Source: Longimicrobiales bacterium (GTDB lineage Bacteria; Gemmatimonadota; Gemmatimonadetes; Longimicrobiales; Gaopeijiaceae). From it: a stretch of DNA of 64,000 nt. Where the stretch lies: NCBI GenBank assembly GCA_965248195.1, contig CBDFIQ010000001.1, positions 960,001 to 1,024,000 of the forward strand, read 5' to 3'. A program made the translations under genes and the position numbers. Positions 59,400 through 64,000 of the stretch are shown in pieces. The stretch's first letter is position 1. The number at the start of each line of letters is the position of its first letter. Below the pieces are notes generated by a model. That model had not been told where the DNA came from. It was given only the letters and a program-made list of their open reading frames with translations, and ran no database searches.

Positions 59400-60518
59400 T
59401 TACCGCCATAGTCGGAATCCCGCGAGCGCGGTCCACTGGCGCAGGGCCCCCCCGTGGCTGGGCCCCAAGAAGTCGACGTCGATGGTTCGCAGGCCCTTCG
59501 TCGGACCGTCTCCCAGCAGCGCCAGCTGATCCGCCGCGAGGGCCATGCCAGAGACGGACTGAAGGCGCCCTCCGATGAAAAGCCGACCGCGATCGAGATC
59601 GATCTCGAAACGGGCACCGATATCGACGAGCGTAGCCAACACGGCCTCGTCGCCCTCGACAAACACCAGGACACCGGTCACGGGCCCGGTAGGGTTGGCA
59701 TCCGTCCGATCCTCAAGTACGTCGTCCACAAGGTTCAGGAAAATACCGGCGCGACTCTCGAAGGCGAGGCCGGCCCGACCCTGTCCGAACCTGTGGCGCA
59801 GCCCGACCTCTCCACCCAACAGGTCGTTGCCCGCCGCCACGGTCAGGCGCTCCGTCCGTCCGGCCGTGCCCCCGAGGCCGGTCCCCGTGACTGTGGCCGT
59901 GAGGCGATCCGTGGCGCGGAAGTAGCGCAGGCCGAACTGCGCGGAGGTTCCCGGTCGCAACTCGGACAGGGCGGACACCGACGCGTCGTGATAGCGCATG
60001 TCCCGCTCGACCGCGTAATCAAAGGGTGGATCCACGAGGAAGTTCTGCGGCCATCCGGGCATCCCATTACCCCATGGTATGGAGCGGGATTCCGGGCGGA
60101 AGCTCCCTCTGCCACGCCACTCGCGCGTCGTCGAGTAGCTGACCTCCAATCCTCCACCGTCGCCGGCGTTACCGAAGGTCACGCGGCCGCCCCAGGCGCC
60201 GCCAAAATCGACGTCGCGCGTGGTCAGCGAGCCGAGGAGCGCCGGCGCCGCGGGTGAGGTCCGGTTCGATGCGAGTGGGACGAGCGCTCCGTTGCCGCGC
60301 CAGCCACGGATCCCCGAGAACTCGACGTAGGGGCCTTCTGGGCGCTCCTGAGCAGTCAGCGCCACGGGTTCGAGCACAGGAAAGAGGACGATGCCAAGCA
60401 CCGTACACCCGACAACCAGTGGACTACAACGCGAGCGGTAAGGGAGCACCGATGGGCCCATGTGAATCCTCATGCGTATAAGCGAAGTGCCAACATGGGG
60501 GGGCCACCGGAGCACCAT
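59400..60518 (-). CDS. Putative outer-membrane beta-barrel (BBP7-like); start uncertain
   Basis: Signal peptide ending ALTAQ, amphipathic strands, NDLLGGEVG, terminal AGFRLWR. Confidence 0.6.
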   Translation of the reverse strand: MVLRWPPHVGTSLIRMRIHMGPSVLPYRSRCSPLVVGCTVLGIVLFPVLEPVALTAQERPEGPYVEFSGIRGWRGNGALVPLASNRTSPAAPALLGSLTTRDVDFGGAWGGRVTFGNAGDGGGLEVSYSTTREWRGRGSFRPESRSIPWGNGMPGWPQNFLVDPPFDYAVERDMRYHDASVSALSELRPGTSAQFGLRYFRATDRLTATVTGTGLGGTAGRTERLTVAAGNDLLGGEVGLRHRFGQGRAGLAFESRAGIFLNLVDDVLEDRTDANPTGPVTGVLVFVEGDEAVLATLVDIGARFEIDLDRGRLFIGGRLQSVSGMALAADQLALLGDGPTKGLRTIDVDFLGPSHGGALRQWTALAGFRLWR

Positions 60519-60551
60519 ACGCGGTCGAAGGGCGCTACGCCATCGGCATGT

Positions 60552-62159
60552 CTACCGGCGGTCCTTCCGGTCGATGGGTGGGACAGGCATGTCGAGGCTG
60601 AGGGCCGGCCTTCGGGTATGCCATTCCGTGGCCTTCTCATAGGCGTTCGCGAGGGCTAACACTCTACCTTCCGAGAAGCGCGGCCCGGCGATCATGAGCC
60701 CGATGGGGAGGCCGTCTGCCGAGAAGCCGCATGGGATCGAGGCCGCGGGAATGCCGAAGCTATTGAAGGGTGAGCAGTTCGACGTGGCCCTCGGCTCGGT
60801 CGGCTCCCCCCCGTTCTCTTCCCGATCGAGCGCTTCGTTGATGGTGGGCTGCATCACGCGCCATGTGGGAAGCACGACGAGGTCGTGGTCTACGAAGGCG
60901 TCGTCAATGGTTTTCCGCATTCGCTGCAGCTCCCACTGGGCGTTGATGTAGTCCACCACCCTCGTCGAGCACTGCGTCGTCTCGACGTCGTTGAGCCTCC
61001 TGTGGACGGCCGCGATCGTCCGCCTCTGGTTGAGCGAATAGCGGCCGGCGCTCCGCTGGTACCACTCCCAGTGGAACGCCTCGATCTCCCCAGAGAGGTA
61101 CGATCTCGAGTACTTCCCCTGGGGCGGTAGGCGCGTGTCGCTGACGCTCCGGGTCAGCTCCGTCAGGACGCCGATGGCCTCCTCCATGGCGCTCGCGATC
61201 TCGGCGTCGAGGAAGTCGAAGAAAGGCTCTCTCAGGATTCCCAAGCGGAGCCCACTCACGGACTGACTCAGGGCCGCGCGGTAGTCTTCGAGAGGATGCT
61301 CGACGCTGGCCACGTCGTGCTTGTCGTATCCCACCATGCCGGACAGGAGCAAGGCACCGTCTTCGGCCGTCTTCGTCATCGGACCGCAGTGGTCCAGTGA
61401 GTATGTGCGCGGGATGATCCCCCCGATGGACACCAGGCCATACGTGGGCTTGAGGCCGACGATGCCGCAGTAGGCGGCGGGCATGCGGACCGAGCCACCG
61501 GTGTCGGTGCCCAGCGCTCCGAGGGTCATGTCTGCGATCACTGCGGCGGCCGAGCCCCCGGAAGAGCCGCCCGAGATGCGGTCGAGCGCCCAAGGGTTGC
61601 GGACGGGAAGGAAGTACGTCGAGACGTTGGTCCCGCCCATCGCGAACTCCTGAAGGCCGGCCTTAGCCATGATGACGGCACCGGACTCCTTCAGGCGTTT
61701 GACCACGAAGGCGTCCTCTTCGGGGACGTTCTCCTCGAACACGAGGCTGCCGCCCGTCGTGCGCGTTCCCGCCGTGTCGATGTTGTCCTTGAGCCCGACG
61801 GGGATGCCGTGCAGAGGTCCGCGGAAGTTCCCCGCGCTCGCCTCGGCGTCGAGCTGCCGGGCCTGCGCGAGAGCTTCCTCGTGCATGATCGTGATGAAAG
61901 CATTGACTGTGGGGTTGTACGCCTCGCCCCGGGCCAGGCAGGCCTGCGTGAGCTCCGTGCAGCTGATCTCTCTCCCCCGGATCATGCGCGATGCCTGAGC
62001 AATCGTCAGGCTCGCCAGCTCATCGGACTGGGTTGCGGTGGGAGTCGCGGCTTCGGCGTGCGAGTATCCGGGCAGGGCGGGGAGGGCGGCGGCGCCCGCG
62101 GCGGCGCTAGCGGTCACCCGGACGAAGTCGCGGCGGTTCCAGCCGTCTTGCAGCTTCAT
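60552..62159 (-). CDS. Tat-exported amidase-signature enzyme
   Basis: NRRDFV twin-Arg; GPLHGIPVGLKD, GGSSGGS, GTDTGGSVRMPA, GLPIG. Confidence 0.9.
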   Translation of the reverse strand: MKLQDGWNRRDFVRVTASAAAGAAALPALPGYSHAEAATPTATQSDELASLTIAQASRMIRGREISCTELTQACLARGEAYNPTVNAFITIMHEEALAQARQLDAEASAGNFRGPLHGIPVGLKDNIDTAGTRTTGGSLVFEENVPEEDAFVVKRLKESGAVIMAKAGLQEFAMGGTNVSTYFLPVRNPWALDRISGGSSGGSAAAVIADMTLGALGTDTGGSVRMPAAYCGIVGLKPTYGLVSIGGIIPRTYSLDHCGPMTKTAEDGALLLSGMVGYDKHDVASVEHPLEDYRAALSQSVSGLRLGILREPFFDFLDAEIASAMEEAIGVLTELTRSVSDTRLPPQGKYSRSYLSGEIEAFHWEWYQRSAGRYSLNQRRTIAAVHRRLNDVETTQCSTRVVDYINAQWELQRMRKTIDDAFVDHDLVVLPTWRVMQPTINEALDREENGGEPTEPRATSNCSPFNSFGIPAASIPCGFSADGLPIGLMIAGPRFSEGRVLALANAYEKATEWHTRRPALSLDMPVPPIDRKDRR

Positions 62160-62535
62160 AGGAAAGTTCCCCTTGGCGTTAGGTTGATCGTTTCCTGCCA
62201 CCCTACTGTCAGCTCCTGGAGGGCTGTTCGATCCAGCCGCTACGTCGTGTGCTGAGTAACGGCATCTGACGATGCGACAGCCGTTACTGCCGCCAACTAT
62301 AGTTTCCGATATCGCCGGTTGCAAACCGCCGAGCTGCAAGGAGAGGGCTGGGGGTCGTCGAGCATCCCCGGCCGTGAGCGAACCCTGTGCAGGAGCTAGG
62401 GTGACGGTACCACGGACTACATCGGTATGGGGAATCCCTTGGCCGGGAAGGAGTCCGTTCCAGCGACCCAGAAGTCAGGGCCTGGTTTTGACCTCGGAAG
62501 AGGTCGGCAGGATCGAGGGCAGACGGGCGGCCCCG

Positions 62536-62844
62536 TCAGCCTACCTGACCGCCACAGATCTCGTAGTCATTGCCGCACGCAGCCTGTGCGCCCGTGAAGA
62601 ATTGGTAACAGCGTCTCGTGTTCTGACAGTGATGTGGCGCCTCCGGAGGGCAACATTTTCCGTGCCGGACACAGCACCCCCACGTTGGATCGTCACAGCC
62701 GCAGCTGTCGCCGGAACCGGAACTGTCGGTCGGGGAAATGCAGCCCTCTCCCAAGACAAACGCCGCGAAAAGCGCGCCCAGCGCCGACCGGCGTGACATG
62801 GTGCTCGCGAGTTTTCGCGAGAGACCATCGAAGAGCTCATCCAT
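62536..62844 (-). CDS. Small twin-arginine, Cys-rich exported peptide
   Basis: FDGLSRKLA..SRRSAL + hydrophobic segment; 11 Cys in the mature part. Confidence 0.7.
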   Translation of the reverse strand: MDELFDGLSRKLASTMSRRSALGALFAAFVLGEGCISPTDSSGSGDSCGCDDPTWGCCVRHGKCCPPEAPHHCQNTRRCYQFFTGAQAACGNDYEICGGQVG

Positions 62845-62907
62845 CGGAGTCACCTTGCAGGAATTATTGACCTCTTCTGCAATTTACCACCCCGGGGCGG
62901 GGTCTCC

Positions 62908-63954
62908 TCAGGTTATTTTCCGCGGCGTACCCGTCTCGACGGCGGCAGCTACCAGCTTCTCGATGTCTTCCTTCCCGGTAGCGACACGGCTCGCGATCGT
63001 GCCGGCGGGATCGACTAGTACTACTGCCGGGGTGACGAAGACACCGTAGGCGTCGGCCACCCCGTCGTCCTCGTCAGAGAGTACGTCGCTCACGCCTGAG
63101 ACCAACTCTCGGGCCCGCGCGGCCTGCTCCCACCCACTGCCGAGCACGGCGATCCGCAGCGTCTCACGTTGTTCCCGCTGCCACTTCTCGACGTCGGGTG
63201 CCAGTGCCATACAAGGCTTGCACTTCGGGTCCAGGAAGATCAGCAGGATTTTTCTCCCATCGCCGCACAGGTCGTCGAGGGCGACGGATCCGCCCGCCAG
63301 GGAAGGCAGATGGAAGCCGGGGGCGACCTCCCCGACCGGGAGGTCGCGCGCCTCCGTGCGCGGGTTGAAGAGCTCAGGCACCGACCCACCCCGTCCTTCC
63401 AGGGCATCCAACCGAAGCAGAAGCCGGCCCTGCTGCCGGATCAAGTGGAGAATGAGCCACCCCTCGACCGCCACGGCGGCGAGCAACCCGATCACCACGG
63501 AGGGCCCCACCACCTCCGAGCGTGCGGACTGGGCGATGAGCGCGACGATGCTCGGCCCAGGGCCCGCCCAGACGACGAACCCAGCCAGCGCCAGCAGCAC
63601 GCCGTTCCGCAGGAGCGTCGACCACCCGATCGGACGCGTGTCGGTCGAGCCGAAGCATCGGCAGGGTGGCCTCCGCCCCAGCAGGAGATTCACCACGATG
63701 ACCGCGGTGAACACGAGTAGCAGGGTCAATGCAGCCAAGGCGCCCCACGACGCCGAGCGGACGGGGAGAAGGACCACGGCCACCGCCAGCTCGGTGAGTG
63801 GAAGCAACGCCGCGACGGTCGCGGCGAGCCGTTCCGGGACGCCGAGTTCCGTAGCCGCGTGCCGTGTACCCTTTGGGTCGAGCAGCTTCGCGCCAGCCGC
63901 CACGACGAAGACCGCGCTCAGCAGCAGTCTGGCGAACACCAGTAATGAATCCAT
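62908..63954 (-). CDS. MauE/DoxX membrane domain fused to a MauD-like thioredoxin (AhpC/TSA) domain
   Basis: ARLLLSAVF...AKL, PCRCFG, LLRNGVL; GEVAPGF, CKPC, TPAVVLVD..G.I. Confidence 0.85.
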   Translation of the reverse strand: MDSLLVFARLLLSAVFVVAAGAKLLDPKGTRHAATELGVPERLAATVAALLPLTELAVAVVLLPVRSASWGALAALTLLLVFTAVIVVNLLLGRRPPCRCFGSTDTRPIGWSTLLRNGVLLALAGFVVWAGPGPSIVALIAQSARSEVVGPSVVIGLLAAVAVEGWLILHLIRQQGRLLLRLDALEGRGGSVPELFNPRTEARDLPVGEVAPGFHLPSLAGGSVALDDLCGDGRKILLIFLDPKCKPCMALAPDVEKWQREQRETLRIAVLGSGWEQAARARELVSGVSDVLSDEDDGVADAYGVFVTPAVVLVDPAGTIASRVATGKEDIEKLVAAAVETGTPRKIT

Positions 63955-64000
63955 CCGACTCTCCTATGGACGACCGGCTTCCCGCCATATCCGCGAAAAC

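Noticed and set aside
59369..59674. N-terminal 100 aa of the 1337-aa ORF
   Set aside because: It overlaps the upstream beta-barrel gene in another frame; the RBS supports a start at 59368/59362.
62536..62844. Methylamine dehydrogenase small subunit (mauA)
   Set aside because: Too short, a single Trp, and a different Cys pattern.

Overview
High-GC bacterial window. Gene style, such as the kinase-type N-terminus MTDSITHLNGALEGRY and the EWTARSLESVL receiver motif, suggests Gemmatimonadota/Longimicrobiales; this is an inference. Bases 1-38 kb are mostly housekeeping and envelope genes: a thiolase with a broken C-terminus, a DUF305+LVIVD pair, a DASS transporter, proC-proB-proA behind an apparent leader-peptide attenuator, fetAB-like ABC genes, pyc-metZ, BrxA/B, an M20 deacylase, ferredoxin, PduO, RDD-ccdA-DsbA, an IS3-like element, arsM, two TetR genes and bstA/yfiT. 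Bases 38-47.6 kb are an IS-scrambled island with three identical IS256 copies, one nested in an IS3, and several truncated genes. Bases 47.6-59.4 kb hold a tightly coupled minus-strand operon: a ~1235-aa unknown protein, a DNase-I-fold (EEP) nuclease and a >2200-aa unknown protein cut by the IS3. This is the best candidate for an undescribed system. The right end has a beta-barrel, a Tat amidase and a MauE/thioredoxin fusion followed by a Cys-rich twin-arginine peptide. No rRNA, tRNA or CRISPR array was seen. All family calls come from motif recognition by eye, not database searches.
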